DNA of 58,362 nt, counting the filler, from Sphacelaria rigidula (lineage: Eukaryota), in assembly GCA_964200075.2 (NCBI GenBank). It is 8 parts of 8 records of this genome, joined end to end, with 100 filler letters (N's around TTAATTAATTAA, not from the genome) between each part and the next. Parts side by side here need not be neighbours in the genome. Positions count along the whole stretch, not along the records: positions 21,925 to 29,132 come from CAXNAA020015962.1; positions 29,233 to 36,440 come from CAXNAA020015963.1; positions 36,541 to 43,748 come from CAXNAA020015964.1; 5 more parts are not named here. One strand, 5' to 3'. A program made the translations under genes and the position numbers. Position 1 is the stretch's first letter; the number at the start of each line of letters is the position of its first letter. Below, piece after piece: positions 24,126 through 37,850 of this stretch. The notes under the pieces are model-generated. The model searched no databases. It saw nothing but the letters and a program-made list of their open reading frames with translations, and had not been told where the DNA came from.

Positions 24126-25670
24126 CTGCCCTCCCCAACATTACAGGATAAGGGTTAAATACGCATGATAGTAGTGAAACGAAGCAAGGTTCAAGCCACA
24201 GTCTCGTTAAGCAGGGGTTCGTGAAGTCACAGTAGTGTTCGTGCAAGAAAGTCATGTGTTCGTAGAACTGTAACCCTCCCCTCCCCAGGGACGAAATCAC
24301 TAGTGCTGACGGATCAACCCGCGTCTCTCCCCCGGTACCCTACCAGTCTGACAACTTCTTATCGGAGATCCACTAGATCGGCACGCCCACCTCGCGTCGA
24401 CTCTCGTCGACCTTCTCTTCGCCACCTACGCCCTCGCCCTGAAGCTTTCAACCGTGGGGAGCAACTTGTGTTCAGAAAGAACCCACGTATCCGTCGTCTT
24501 CTCGAACCCGCAACCTCTCTCCCTAACCGTCTATTTATAGGTGCACCAGATAGAGTACACCGGGGCCCAGCCTTTCTTACTGTACCTCAATATCTGAAGA
24601 AAAGGAGTAGTGAGAGAGAGCACTATGCTCCCGCGGAAGACTGACGGTGGTGAGGGCTATGCTCGTGCTTTACTAACAGTTGTAGAGTGGGTGTTAATGG
24701 ATGTACTGCAGTAGTGCGGAGCACACACATGTTGCTTTGGGTTGGGTGTGCTCTCTCCTTGGTACCGGGTCAGTTAGCAAGCTACCCAATGAATGGGGGG
24801 AAAACCTCTTGGTAAAGGTAGCTTAGGAGACCGGACTCATGGAACCCCAGGAACGTCAGGAACATGCTCTCCACAGCAGAACTGATGTACGCAAGAGCAG
24901 AAAATGCTACACAACTCGCCCACCATTGACCGTTTGAGATTTGCCCACGAGTTTCTCGCGAAAGTTTATGTTATTCAAAGGTGGTCGTTAGTTTTTCGTG
25001 GTCAATTTCATGAGGAATATATGTCAAGAAAATCCCAGAAACAGTCGGGGAATTTGCGTACGCCCGGGAGGAACCTGACGCCTTAAAACACGGGAATATG
25101 CGTTCATGTGATGGAGGTACCCTCACGAGGGCTCTCACGTCCTGGTCGTCAGCGTTCCTGAGGCAAAGGATGTGCGCTTGGCGTGCTCAAGCCGCGACGC
25201 AACCCGGACTTTACACACGGTATAGAGGATATTGGTTCCGAAACGGTTCCGAAACAAGGTCGTGGAAAGCTCAGTCCTGAAGCCTTTGGGAAAATTGTGT
25301 AACATTGTGGCATGATAAACTGAGACTCAGCCCAATATAAAAGCGAACTGACAGCAGTCGTTCGGCGACTAACGATCTGAAACTACCGCAGTGACAGAAC
25401 TCAACTGTCAGGTATTCTGCAAGTGTTGAAGGGCCGGTTTGGAAGAGGGCACTTGGCTTATCTATGCTTGTATGTGTTGTTGGTAGCGGGTCTTGAGCTA
25501 TGGGCCCCGCACTGGTGCCGATGCTCGGAAACAATAACAACAATTACAACATTCCAGCGCATCGAGCCTGTAGGACGATAGCAACAACACAAATGGTGCA
25601 ATCTTTCTTCACACGGTTTCCGTAATATATATACTTCGAAGTATATATATATACACACACACACACCCAA

Positions 25671-25800
25671 CGGTCCAACTGTCACCAGTACGGTACGTGC
25701 AGAGAATGTGGGTTCGATTCCCGATGCGTTAGGTTTTTACTTCGAAATATCGTCTTTCCACGGTCGAAAGCGTGAGTACGGGTGTAAACAAAACGGTGCT
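25671..25800 (+). mobile_element. 5'-truncated SINE-like repeat, family 2
   Basis: ggtcc.actgtcacca...GGTTCGATTCCcgatgcgtt...gaaagcgtgagtacg..gtaaaca, homologous to 34165-34330. Confidence 0.6.
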
Positions 25801-25920
25801 GGAGCGCTGGCCCGACCGGGAGACCAAAATGCAGGTCGTGTACCGGGGGGAGATAGATGGATTGATTTTTTGAGGCCACGGGCTCGTCCCGAGGATGGGG
25901 AGGAATTCAAAGCGTAACAA

Positions 25921-25936
25921 CGCACGCGCGCGCGCG

Positions 25937-25973
<37 letters not shown>
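25921..25973. repeat. Compound (CG)n(CA)n alternating purine-pyrimidine tract
   Basis: Directly visible; its last unit provides the GT donor of the minus-strand exon ending at 25974. Confidence 0.95.
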
Positions 25974-25975
<2 letters not shown>

Positions 25976-28494
25976 GCATGCGCAGGGCCGGGTACAAAAT
26001 CATGGGAAACTTGTGATGCACCCCCAAGAAGTAGTCCATATCCAGCACCAGCTCCCCAAGTCCCTGCGCCTTGCCCACTTCCGCCAGCTGGGCCGAAAAC
26101 GTCGTCCAGAACGCATTGTTGGACAAATGAAAACTCTTCGCCAGGCGCTCTAACTCCCCCGGCTGTAATTCCCCCTTATCATTGACCTTGCATGTCCGGA
26201 ACGCAAACTCTATCAATTGTTTCTGGTTGGGTTCCTCGCGGGAGCGCGGGGGTAGAGGGGGGCAAGGGGTGAGGGGGGAGGAAGAGTGGGGGATCGGATA
26301 GATGAGAGTTCGTAGGGTATTTGCTGGCAAGGGCGTTCGAAGCGGGGTAGCGTGGAGAAACGTGGTCGAGACGTAATGCGGTGGATCGGAGACGTGAAAA
26401 AAATGGAATATTCAACCAAAACAAGAGAATTTTGGTTGATGACAAGGAAAACTGGGAGAAAATCCTTGATACACGGTGAAGGAAAGGGGGAAACAGGGCT
26501 TGGGGGGGGGGGCAAGAGGGACAGGGGAAAGATGCTCGATATATGTGGGATGCGTAATATTAATCAAATGGTATTTTTAGTAGATATAAACTAGGTAAGC
26601 AATAGGGGGACGAAATACGTCAAAAGCACATCCCCTGTCATGCTGTTTTCGTGATTTCTGAGGTGTGTGTATATTCAAATGTATATCCGCCTTGGTCGAA
26701 GTCTGTAACTTGGAGCTCATTTCTCTTTTTGAAGTACATCGCACAGGTGTCTGCCTTCATTGAGAAAACGAAAATGGATACTCGATGAGCACCCTGCAGT
26801 TCTTCGTATTGGGTGAAGCCTGTTCGGGTTGCATCCTTGGTTCACACTGACACAGACAGTAGTTGCTACAGCCTGTTTCGACCATATTCACGTACGTAGG
26901 GGTTGTGGGGTGTACGTGCGCTCGCGGTTAAACGCATTTTCCCCCTCCAAGGTTGTGTTTAGCAGGGCATACCGGCTGATATTAGGATATTTCAACGAGT
27001 ACACAAGAGTTATTTTATCGGTAAATGCCCCCTCCAAACCATAGTGGAGTGTACGGAACAGGGCTCGATACGCTGCCGAAAGAGTCAAGAGACCCCGGAT
27101 ATCACTGACGTGTCATGCCGGGACGAACCACATAGCATATCTTTTGTTCAGGAAGCGAACAGGTTACCCATTGAACCAGTGAGAGCTCACTAGTTAGATG
27201 GGTAAACTGTACGCTTCCTGAACAGCCGAACAATGCCGGAATTTTCGGTACAGATCCCTGTATGGCTTGGTATGCCAACCAAAACCCCCCACCTCCGAGT
27301 ATACCGTATCTAAATATCTGGATTGTGCAACCGTTCAAAGTTGTGTTCTGAAGGGGTATACGGACTAAAACTCGGGTATTAACTGAAGTATGTATGAAAT
27401 AGGCAAATATCCTTCCGAACGAAGCATAATGGAGTGTTCGGAAAAGGGCTTGATACCCTGTCGAGCCATACCGGAATGTTTGGTGCACATTCCGGCATGG
27501 TTTGGTATGTCAACCAAAAATCCCCCACTCCAGGGTATACCGTGCAGGGAACAACCTCTTGAATGTCGTGTCATGGATGATTGACGCAATGACAAAATCT
27601 GCTCGAAAAGTGTGTGTGTAGGTGTGGGGGGGGTGTTCACGAGGCGGACACTTGATCTCCGAATCAGTGATGAGTGGTTTTCTACGGTAGGGGTGCACAG
27701 TGTTCTTTTAGAGGCTCTACACTGTCGGAGCCTCTCGGTGATAAAGATCTGTGCCTTAGTGTGCAGCTTCAGAAAGCATTTGACCTCGAAAGTGCACCCC
27801 TACCGCAGAATCTCTCTGGAGCGCTGTAGGCCCGATTCCGGCATGGTCACGTCAGAGATCTCCGCGGCCACGCCGCCACTCGCAAGCCTATTCGTTCACG
27901 GTCCAAGTGCCGCTTTCGGTCGATGTTGCCGGGGATCAAACCAACAACTTTGATGAGGGAGGGTAGCATCTACAGTGAGGAGATGAGGCACATGATTAGA
28001 CCGTTGTAGTGACGAGCAATTCATCTCGACGTTTCACATCCAGCTCCCTCCGCCGTCGACGAGTTCACGAAGCGGAGCAAGCCAGCCACCAGCCCTTGTC
28101 ACTCCACTTATCCCCTGAAATCTACCCCATCATGTACTATGAGTCAGCACCCCTGACCGATAAATTTGTAGGTAAGGCACGGGACAGATGTCCTGCGGAA
28201 GAGGTGAGTGGAAACCTCGCTGTGAAAACCGGTTATTAGACGGGAGTTGCAGGTTACCGTGGCTTGAGGGGATAACTCAATGGTACGATTAGTAGCGTAC
28301 TACCCAGAGCTACCGCACGGAAGCGCTGCTACACTCTTGTTGGGCCCACCGACTCGATACGTGTGTTTCTGCCGTGTAGAACTCGTGCGTACCTCCGTCA
28401 TGAGGCACAAGCTGATACACCCGAAGATCCACGTTGCTCGATTCATTTCTCCGGGCACCGCGTGGGCGTACAAATGGTTGGCTGCCCACAACAC
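25974..28494 (-). CDS. Partial gene: degenerate EF-hand-type (calcineurin-B/NCS-like) protein exons
   Basis: Exons 28494-28393 (VLWAANHLYAHAVPGEMNRATWIFGCISLCLMTE) and 26222-25974 (KQLIEFAFRTCKVNDKGELQPGELERLAKSFH...FLGVHHKFPMILYPALRMQ) have cag/gt boundaries and join in phase 0. FAF..C....KGEL...EL fits a helix-loop-helix EF-hand pattern with a non-canonical loop. Tentative extra exons at 28770-28601 and 25567-25544. Confidence 0.65.
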
Positions 28495-29132
28495 CTGTAC
28501 AGGCAAGGGAACAATACACAGATAGGTATTATGGTCGGAAACACACGCAATCACACGCCATGTACAAAATAGTTGCTTCGTCTGATACTTGAATGATTAC
28601 CATGTAGCGCCCCGCTGGTCCAACTTTAAATGGTACCGCCAATGAACAGCCAGTTGGGAGGGCGGAAGGTTGAGGACTTGAAATCCCGGCCGATGCCGCT
28701 CTTTTGAGCAGAATTTGATACCCGTTGTTGAGAGCGTAAAGACTCAAGTATGCGAGAAATTTCCATGTAACTAGACGGAGTGCGAGAGTGTGCTAATCCT
28801 ACCCCCGATAGCAACATGCGGAAAATAAGAAAATAGAAGACAGGTAACCGGTGGAGAGATGGGGTGAGCCCATGAAACCATGGACTCGTCTCGAGGAAAG
28901 GGGGGGGTTGGAAGTATTTACAGTTTTTTTTTGTATAACGTACCGTGATAGAACATGCACATGCAGAAGAAATCATCCCCAAAACCGCAGCAATGCTAGT
29001 CACGATAGTGCTTTTGTTCGTTACGGTGGCGGACCATATCGTCAATTTGCGCTTCGCCCTCACATGCCGCCCCCCCCCCCCCCCCCCCCCCCCCCGTACC
29101 CCTCCGCCCAACAACGACAAATTCACACCCCC

Positions 29133-29232
29133 NNNNNNNNNNNNNNNNNNNNNNNNNNNNNNNNNNNNNNNNNNNNTTAATTAATTAANNNNNNNNNNNN
29201 NNNNNNNNNNNNNNNNNNNNNNNNNNNNNNNN
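29133..29232. other. Artificial scaffold-joining spacer
   Basis: 44 N + TTAATTAATTAA + 44 N. Confidence 0.98.
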
Positions 29233-30404
29233 ACAAAAAATTTAAACAATCAAACAATTAATTAATTGCCGCACTTGAACTAACATCCAAGGGGTCCAGC
29301 CGGGGTCTCATGATACACGTACCCAAAAAAAAAAAAAATTGAATCACGCTCTGAAGAAAAAAAAAAAACATGAACAAAAAAAATCGAACAGAACCGCTCT
29401 GAAGATTTTTTTTCCCAACTATTCCGAGATAATGCCTGTTTGCTCTTTTCCCCTCTTTGCTGCGAATCAGCGTGCGAACTTTCAGTTGCAAATCTGCACA
29501 CATATTCAGAATGGGGGTAATGCCAAGGTCGTCCCTGTCTGACTTTACGGATCGGGGTTTTTATTTTTGATTCATTCGACGTTAAGGGTCCTTCTGATAT
29601 ATGATGTATGGCTCGATTCAGTCTTTTCCCGAGTAAGGTGAATTTGAGATCCTTGAAAAGAAGGAAAAACTTGCACCATGTTTCCGGAAATGTGTGCGAA
29701 ATTATGATGAGGCTACGCTGGCAACACAAGAGGGGTCAGGCGGGCGGAAAACACTATGAAGACACACCCTGGATAACACAAAATAAAATTTGTATATATT
29801 GCCCGCACAATATGTCGACGCGTAGTGTTTCCAGTAGTGTAAATAGTGCTCTTTCCCCCCTGTGTTGCCTATGCTTGAACGGTCATGACCATTGTGGTCA
29901 AATACAGCTACACTGCCCAGTGGTGTAACTGCGGTCTACCTGTAAGGGAACAACGTGATAATTTTGATAGCCGTGATTGATCAGAATGGTCATTCCGCTC
30001 CGCTCGGTTCTCGTCCCTGGCTTGGAATTTTCCATGGGAATTTTCCAAACACACGTGGTTGACTACATGAGCTTTCCCGTTGTTTTTTAAACAGCCGCCC
30101 CCTTCCCACCGCCCCCTGGAGACCCCCGCATGCTCCTGGACTGTCAAGGGTGAAACCGTTCTGGGACGACGCTCGCGGTCAAAGGGTTGAAGACAGTATA
30201 CACTTACATGGTGTGGATCACGATAGTGTATGTGTCGGAATTCGTATCTAATCCCTGTTCGTAGGATTGTCTGCCAGCATTGTCCCCAGTGGCCATGGTG
30301 TGCTACTGCTTGAGCTCACTCCGGCGGTCCTCTTACTGTAGCTCTTACTGTAGCTCTTACTGTAGTATACCCCTGCGCTGCGTGCATACATATGTCACTG
30401 ACAG

Positions 30405-31822
30405 GCTCAGACCGCAAGCACGCAGGAGCTGGACGAGGCGGACGTGCAGGCGGAGAAAATGAGTCGGAGAATCGAACAAATGTGGGTCCGACTGAAAGCC
30501 TTGAAAGGCTGAAAGGCACACAAGAGAAGGCCCTGCCCGGGCTGCTGTCGTGCCGAAGTCAAGGCGGATCAAGGCTGCCGTGCCTCCACTTTCATGTACA
30601 TTCGCATGACGTGCTGGACGAAAAAACTGCGATTTTGCGATGTGACGAGGATATGATCTGGTGTAGGTTTGTAGGAACCTCTGACCACCTCGGAGGCGGC
30701 AACGCCTTGTCATGAAGGGTGAAATCGTAGGTTCCGCCGTTTTAACTTTCTTCTTGTCCTCGTTTCTTTATGGGATTTTTAGGGAAACGGAACTGGAACG
30801 GAAGAAGCGGGAGGCGCGAGATGCGCGAACGGAGGTGGAGGTTAGTTGCCTGCTGTGCCGTGTGTGTATGTACAACATGTATATAGGTCGTGCTGTGGGA
30901 AAATACCACGTTCTTGAGGCGGCGTGATCCCCGGAAGTAAATAAAAGTGTTGTCGTGGAAAAAAGAGTGATTTTGCTAGTGCCCCCGTGATTTTGAGATA
31001 TGTTGCACAAGTGCAGTTGCGGAGTTGGGTGGTGGGTGCCGCGCACGGTGGATTGGCGGCTTCCGCGTAGAGGTGTTCGTGTTTCGTGTGTTGCGAGTTT
31101 TCTCGCTGCGATGGCGGCCGTACTGTCCTCCAAAATTGACGTGAGCATTATAGCGCTGGTCTCTCAAGTCCATGGCCTGCTTCTCACGTCTGCGTTAACA
31201 CATCGTTGAGAGGGGAAAGGCGCGTCTTTCCCTGTCTCCGGTAGACCCGTGGTGGGTGTGGTCTTGATCTGACAACCATCGGTGGGGAGAGCGCTGGGCG
31301 GAAGCGGTCTGTTGGGTGGGGGACCCTTTGGCCGTGGTTTGAGACGAAGCATACAAATCTATCCCCCTTGATGGCATAAGTTGGATCTGGTCCATCGACG
31401 GTTGGAAGAAAACAACTCTGCAAGATGAGATTAACCCTTGACATCATGGTGGGTGCAGTGCTCGACGGATCGCAAGGGGTGTGGAGCGACGGATCGCAAG
31501 GAGCGTGGAGCGCGCTGTACGTCCCGTCGTGGGGCTGCATTTCTGTCGTCGTCGCTGCTACCGCTGCTGTTGTTGTTGGTCGTGCAGTTGGACTTTGGAA
31601 GCAGCGCCTCACCCTCCGTCGCGCGCATGGATAGATGAGTGGCTTCCTGCTCAACTAATGTTCACGTTTTCCCCGCCGTGTGATTCCTTCTTCCGCTTTT
31701 TTTTCTGTCACCGGCCCCATCAGTCGCTTGCACGGAACAGCGAAGAGCGCATTTTGAAGCTGGAAGAGGAGTTGCGATCTGCACAAACCAAGAGCGGAGG
31801 GTGTGGTTGTACCATTTCCTGA
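30405..31822 (+). CDS. 3' part of a coiled-coil protein ending in a CaaX prenylation motif
   Basis: Exons 30405-30481, 30783-30840 and 31724-31822 join in phase: AQTASTQELDEADVQAEKMSRRIEQMETELERKKREARDARTEVESLARNSEERILKLEEELRSAQTKSGGCGCTIS*. Confidence 0.8.
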
Positions 31823-32473
31823 GTTTTATGCGACGATGGACACAAGTGACTGGCGATGAAAACTACCCAGGATGCTGCTTGATTTCAACCTTTTTCTCTG
31901 ATGCTGGTCTGGTGCTGTATTGTTATTTGGCTCTCGTTCCTCCCTCCCGCTTTTGTCTCTTCATGCAGTTGTTTCTCTTATTCTTCCTTGACCTTTTTTT
32001 TTTGTCGTTGCGCCCGATTTGGATTTGGATTTTTTGCTGCTGCTGCTGCGGCGGCGGCGGTAGTTTGAGGTTTTCACGCGATTTTTTATCTACTAATATT
32101 CTGTCCAACTGTTTGGACTGGTCGAGCGTTTGTTGTAGTAGTCACTTGTCCGATTATGATGCCAACGAGAAAATATTGTGTGAGTTTATTTTTTTAAATG
32201 TACCAATGTTTCCGCCCTCGAAGATCCCCGGCACCCGCGTCGCACTTGGACGCTCGAGTGGTGTGCACGCTACCTCGCCCTTGTCGTTCAATACTATTGT
32301 GTGGTTTGATTTCCTTTTAGTGTTGTCATTTCGCGATGAGGGGGACACTTGTCGCTGTATTTACACTCCGGCTATGCGTTACGTTGTCTGGAAGCTGTTT
32401 CCACCGCAGGTGGGTGAAAGGCCCTCGGTTTTCATCGGATGGACTTGTCTTCCTCTTGTCTTTTTCTTTTTCT

Positions 32474-32509
<36 letters not shown>

Positions 32510-34164
32510 CATTTTAGTTGGAATTTTGTTTTAATGTTACTTGTATGTTTTTTTTCTTTTTTTTTTTTTTTTTTNNNNNNNNNNTGTTGTTGCTCGTCTC
32601 TCGGTTTTTTTCGTTTGTTCTTTTCTTCCTCTTGTCTTTTTCTTTTTCTTTTTTTTTCTCTTTTTTTTTTTTCCTTCTTTTCTTCTCATATGCGTTGGAA
32701 GTGTGTTTTCATGCAACTTGTATGTTTTTGTCCTGTGCTTGTGTGCTTGTGTGCTTGTTTGTGAAGGAGCGGGAGTGTCACACAAAGTTTGTCTATTTGT
32801 TCCGCTGGCCAAAGTAGGAAAGGCTCTAAGTGGAACATTAGGAAGTCTCGTCCCCCCCGTTCTCTCCGCCCCCTCCCCCTCCCCGCCTCGGACTTGTTAT
32901 TGTACGGCAGATAGCCCGTACTTTCAGAATGCGGGAGCCTTCGAGCGTAGCGGCTGTTGATTCAGAGTCGGTACTGTCTGTATACCCGCGGGAAGTTTTG
33001 ACTGCAAGGGACAAAAGAGTCTGTTGTGTGACGACCAACAGGGAGCGTGGTCACGTGCTCGTGGAAGGCTGGTCTTGTGGGTTGGTTGTTCCGACTTTAC
33101 AGCAATATCGATGCTTGATGGGATTGGGCCTTGTTTGTAGGCAGATGGGATTTGGGGGGGGGGGCAGCCGGTACTCTTGATGTTGCATCCCGTAGTCATA
33201 AAACCATTGGCCGGGACGGAGCCGGGTTTATGACGAACCAGGGTTGCAATCACCAAGCGCAAAGCGCCGTTATGTGTTCGGCAAGTCAGAGGGGGGGGAG
33301 GGGGGAAGATTCTGTCAGTCTCCCGAGAAGCGAAAAGCGAAAGCGTGGAGTAAACTGCGTGTTTTGCCAACAGCGGGGGCGCGGGCTGGAGGGTGCCTGA
33401 CAGGTTGGTTTGTGTTGTTGCCGGGTCCACGACAGTCATGAGTAATAACAAGAATATAGGTACGCGGTATTTGTTTGTTCCGTGTATGTTGAGTTAGTTT
33501 TACACGATTTTTTCGTATCTAGTAGTACGTACGCGCTTGTTCTCGAAAGCAGCGGCGCTGTTAGTTGTAATAAAGGCTCGATTCAGCGCCCGCTGCTTGC
33601 TGCTGCCTTCTTCGACCGGTTGTTTCCTCTTGCTTTCACTGCGCCCGCGAGCGAAACGCCTGTGTTTTTTACGAGGTGCTTCGCCCCCGTCTGACCCGAC
33701 GGCGTGGTGCGTTATACGTGGTAGTTCAATTCGTGAGGGCCTTTAGATTGCGGCGGCTTGCGATGCATTTCTCTACCCGAAGGGTGGGTGTGAGAAGGCA
33801 CACTATTAAGCAAAGAGTGCGCTTCGCAGGTCTTCAGTTGACGTTATGTTTTGGGTGTTGCATGCATGAAACCCCGGAGCGTTCTGCTGCTGGCTTAACT
33901 CTCGAATGCAGCACATTTCTTGTTATTTTTTCCCTACACGCGGTGGGCCTGTCGCCGAAATAGATGCAGGGAGGGGGGTGGTGAGGGGGGGACGGCGGGT
34001 CATTACTTGACTGATGTGGACCCGTCTGCTGTTTTTGAGGGGAGGTGTGTAGACTGCGAATAGGAAAAATAGCACTCATTTTTTTGCTTTTTTCTCTATC
34101 CTCGCTGCGGGTGAGATCTCACCCGGCGTAATATGATCGTCTATATATTTTCTCTCGAAAGTGC

Positions 34165-34330
34165 CCTGACTGGTTGCAGCCCCCCGTGGTCTGATGGTCC
34201 GACTGTCACCATTAGGGTGGACGGACGTCGATTCGGTTCACGATGCGTTGGGTCATCTCTTCGAAGCATTTGATTTACACTGTGGAAAGCGTGAGTACGT
34301 GAGTAAACACAAAAGTAGGTGGCTGAGTTT
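34165..34330 (+). mobile_element. SINE-like repeat, family 2
   Basis: A-box-like gtggtctgatggt head; homologous to 25671-25800. Confidence 0.55.
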
Positions 34331-34914
34331 GTTTGACGACAGTTGACGCGGTGCGGGAGTGCTGACCCAATCCGCGAGGCCAAATTCCAAGCGTGTAAGG
34401 GGGAGAAATGGGGTGATCCCTTGACACCACGGACCCTTCCCGAGCAAGGGGAGGGGTTGAACGTGTGACAAAGAAAGGTTCCCGTGATTTCCGCCTCTCC
34501 CGTCAGATGTAAGGACGCGGGGCGAATCAGTTTGCGCTCTGCTCACGTCAACTGTTGTGGCATTGTACATGCGATATCTATTCCAAAGTTAAATGTGGCC
34601 CCGGTACGCCTAGATACATCGATGAATGTTCCACTCTCAACATTTTCTCGAGATAGAGAGTAAGAAGGTTTTCGTGAGATTGAGGGTAGCTTACCGCTGA
34701 GAGTCATATTTTGATCGGGAGACATTGTTTTATGTGTGTTTCATTAGTTCACGAAACACCGGCGAGTAACAGTAAGGAACGATCTGCCTTAAAGTAGGAA
34801 TAAAATGAAGCAGAATATGGATATCAACCATCTAAACATTCTTCTCATCAAGTCGCCTCTGTAAGTTTGGGCAGTTCATCCTCACTCGTCGGAATGCTCC
34901 ACAGGCACCGCAGG

Positions 34915-35280
34915 TAAGTTAGGTACCCGGTACCGGTATTTGAGACATCTCATACCGTACCGATACCGGTCCATCCGGGTATTTCCGAAGCTCATACCTA
35001 CGATACCCCACGATACCACGGTATTTCGAGATCTCAGTAACTAAAGTACCCGCCCAATTCGGTATTTCAAAACTCAAACCTACGATACCTCGGTACTTCG
35101 AGATTTCAGTACCTACCGTACGCGCTCAATCGGGTAAATTTAAATGTCATACCTCCGATACCACGGTATTTCGAGATTTCACCACCTACCGTGCCTGCCC
35201 AATCGGGTATTTTCAAATGCCATACCTACGATACCTGCGATACCACAATATTTCGAGATACCAGTACCTATCGTACCCGC
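34915..35280. repeat. Degenerate tandem repeat (cggtatttcgagat.tcagtacctac / atacctacgatacc)
   Basis: At least 7 imperfect units visible. Confidence 0.8.
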
Positions 35281-36440
35281 TGAATCAGATATTAACAGCG
35301 GATCCTGAAAAATGGGGTCGAACTCAAAAATGAGGTGTAGTGGCATACCTTTTTTAAAGAGATGACGCGAAATAGTGCCACCGAGCGAAACCATCTTCCC
35401 GCCCAAAACTCTGCAACTGTGAATCAGCAGTCGTGGATAAATGCACCGAACGACTGCGGTGTACACGCGTGTCGATGACATCACCAGAGAGAGAAGCAAC
35501 GACAGAGAGGAAGCTCCTCGTCCGTGTCCTCTGTGTGCCCTCGCTGGGCGATTACCAATCGCTCGAGAGACTGGCATCATGCATGTTACCAGCACGTACC
35601 GAATTTCTCATGTGCCGATAGGTAACCCCGAAGATAACACCGACCTGCGGAGATATTTTGTCTCTTCTTGTCTCTGGAGCTCACCAATGCGAAGATCGAT
35701 TTCTCCCTGCCTCTCTTTTTGAACAAGACGCGCATCTGTGCGCTGAAAAACAGGGCAATGTTCCCGTCACCGCTACTAACAATGTTTTCTTGAGATTGAG
35801 AATCTACGATACGATTGAGAACAGGCTTTTCATGGCTTTCAGCGGCCGGGTGTGTCTGCATCATTGATGGAAAAAACGCTGACCTCGCAAATTGGTGCAA
35901 AATCCTGCCGGCAAACCTACCAATGTTCCCGTGAACTCGAGCGTTGAAAGTGATTGAGAGTGAGGTTTTATTCATAACATGTCTCGCTGGACCGGTTCCG
36001 ATAATGAGACGAAAAGTTTACATGTGTAGCATGTTGGAACATTCCCGCCACCCGTTGCCTGAATAGAATGGCAGAATAATGTTTAAAAATGTTGCGCGCT
36101 GGCCCACAGGTCGCATTTGTGGAAAAATGCACCGTTCAAGATGTCTCCCAAGCAGTGTGAGTCGTGCGGTTCGAGTAAAAGATACGATTTCGCCAGGTTG
36201 TGCCCGAATTCATTCGCAAATGCAGCTGATGCCACCATTCGTCGTGTGGACTTGGGACTCGCGGATATCTTGAAATCACTCTTCTGTTAAACAATTTCGC
36301 CGCAGTTTCCGTCGTTGTTGTTGAAAGCGCAAGTCATCCCGTGTGATATGACTGGTGATATCTCGCCTTTTCGTGCCGAGAAAAAACAGGGTTGCCAGAA
36401 AAATGAGAACGTATTTTGAAATGAGAATCAACCGCTCCCC

Positions 36441-36540
36441 NNNNNNNNNNNNNNNNNNNNNNNNNNNNNNNNNNNNNNNNNNNNTTAATTAATTAANNNN
36501 NNNNNNNNNNNNNNNNNNNNNNNNNNNNNNNNNNNNNNNN
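36441..36540. other. Artificial scaffold-joining spacer
   Basis: 44 N + TTAATTAATTAA + 44 N. Confidence 0.98.
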
Positions 36541-37333
36541 TTTCGTTGTGGGTGGTGAGGAGGGTGAAAAAAGAGGAGTAAGAGAAGGGGTGGGGATGAG
36601 AGAAAAAAAAAGAAAAAAAAAAAGGGGGCCGAATTTTTTTTTTTTCCCGTCGAGGACAGCGGGCTGGACAAGACGGGGTGCAGTCCTGTAGTCATGGTCG
36701 CCTTTTAACGACAATCGACCTTGATCCCCGCGGCATTTAGTGTTGCACCATCTACTGTGTTCCCTCTCTTGTTTGCTATCGAGGTAATGGACCTATGTTG
36801 TGTCCGTTGTCCAGAGCGTGAAACATTTTCCGTGCTCAACACTGTCGCTTGTTAGTCAACTTAATTTCTGTGTACTACTACTCGACTCTGAGTGATTTTT
36901 TTCAGGATGCAGTCGAACAACTACTTGCCTACATTATCACTTCCCCCTCGTTTTTTGGCGACGACACACGTCTCTCACTGCGTAAGCTAGATAACCAGGT
37001 TACCGTATTTTTTTGCCCGTTGCGTTTTTTTGCGGTAACCCTTCTGACGTTATGGTGGTCGACTAGATCATCTTGTGCCGAGTGTAGAGTCCGAACCCCG
37101 GGCAAAGGAGATTATGCTACCACGTGTCTTTACATGGGGAGACACCCATCAGGCAGTATAACCCGTTACTGTCTGTGGAGGTGGCGACACCAGAAAACGA
37201 AGTGACTCAGTGGAGGCTGCCATGTAAAGGCAAGGCAGTCAGTAGACTTCGGGCCGAACAGAGTTAGGATACAGCTCACCTTTCATGCGATCCCCTGAAC
37301 ACGTCACAGCGCTTCGCGCTTGCTAACTGATTG

Positions 37334-37431
37334 CGAGCCTGATCCGGCGAGAACCCTGCGTGCTCCGTCCCGGCTTTGTAGGGATGTGAGGTCAATGGTC
37401 ATGCAACTACGGCATGCAAGAGCATGACTAC
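37334..37431 (+). repeat. Short dispersed repeat family B
   Basis: Matches 24016-24121; followed by a C-run. Confidence 0.8.
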
Positions 37432-37850
37432 CCCCCCTTCCCATTAAACTCTTGAAAATGCGGGCGAGGGGTGACGCCTAGCCCATGTTTAGTCGGTACC
37501 TGTCGTTTGTGTGCTACATTTGTGTTTGTGTGGCGATCTTGCTTGCGTTTCTCTAGTCTTGACCTGATGACGTGTTGACGTGTTGACGTGTTGGAGGGGA
37601 GAGTTTCGTTGCCGTTTTGACGTTGTGCATCTGCAAATGTGGTTGCACTAGGTCGTCGTGTAGCGAAGCGTTCATTTTTGCGACGACTACATGGTGGTGG
37701 TGTTGATGGTATGGATCATGCAGTCATTCGGCGGACGATTTTCGTGTCGAGGGTTGATGCACGCGAGGACCGCGTCGGTCACGAACGATTCCTTTTGGAG
37801 CACCATTTCAATTTCGCGTATCGCGGTCTCGTGCTCTTTGTTCATGACAG

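Noticed and set aside
26690..26840. Extra minus-strand exon with EF-loop-like DATRTGFTQYEEL
   Set aside because: No convincing in-phase splice sites, and the flanking exons already join sensibly.
31801..32960. Long Phe/Leu-rich membrane-protein ORFs
   Set aside because: Low-complexity T-rich 3' UTR downstream of the CaaX stop; spurious.
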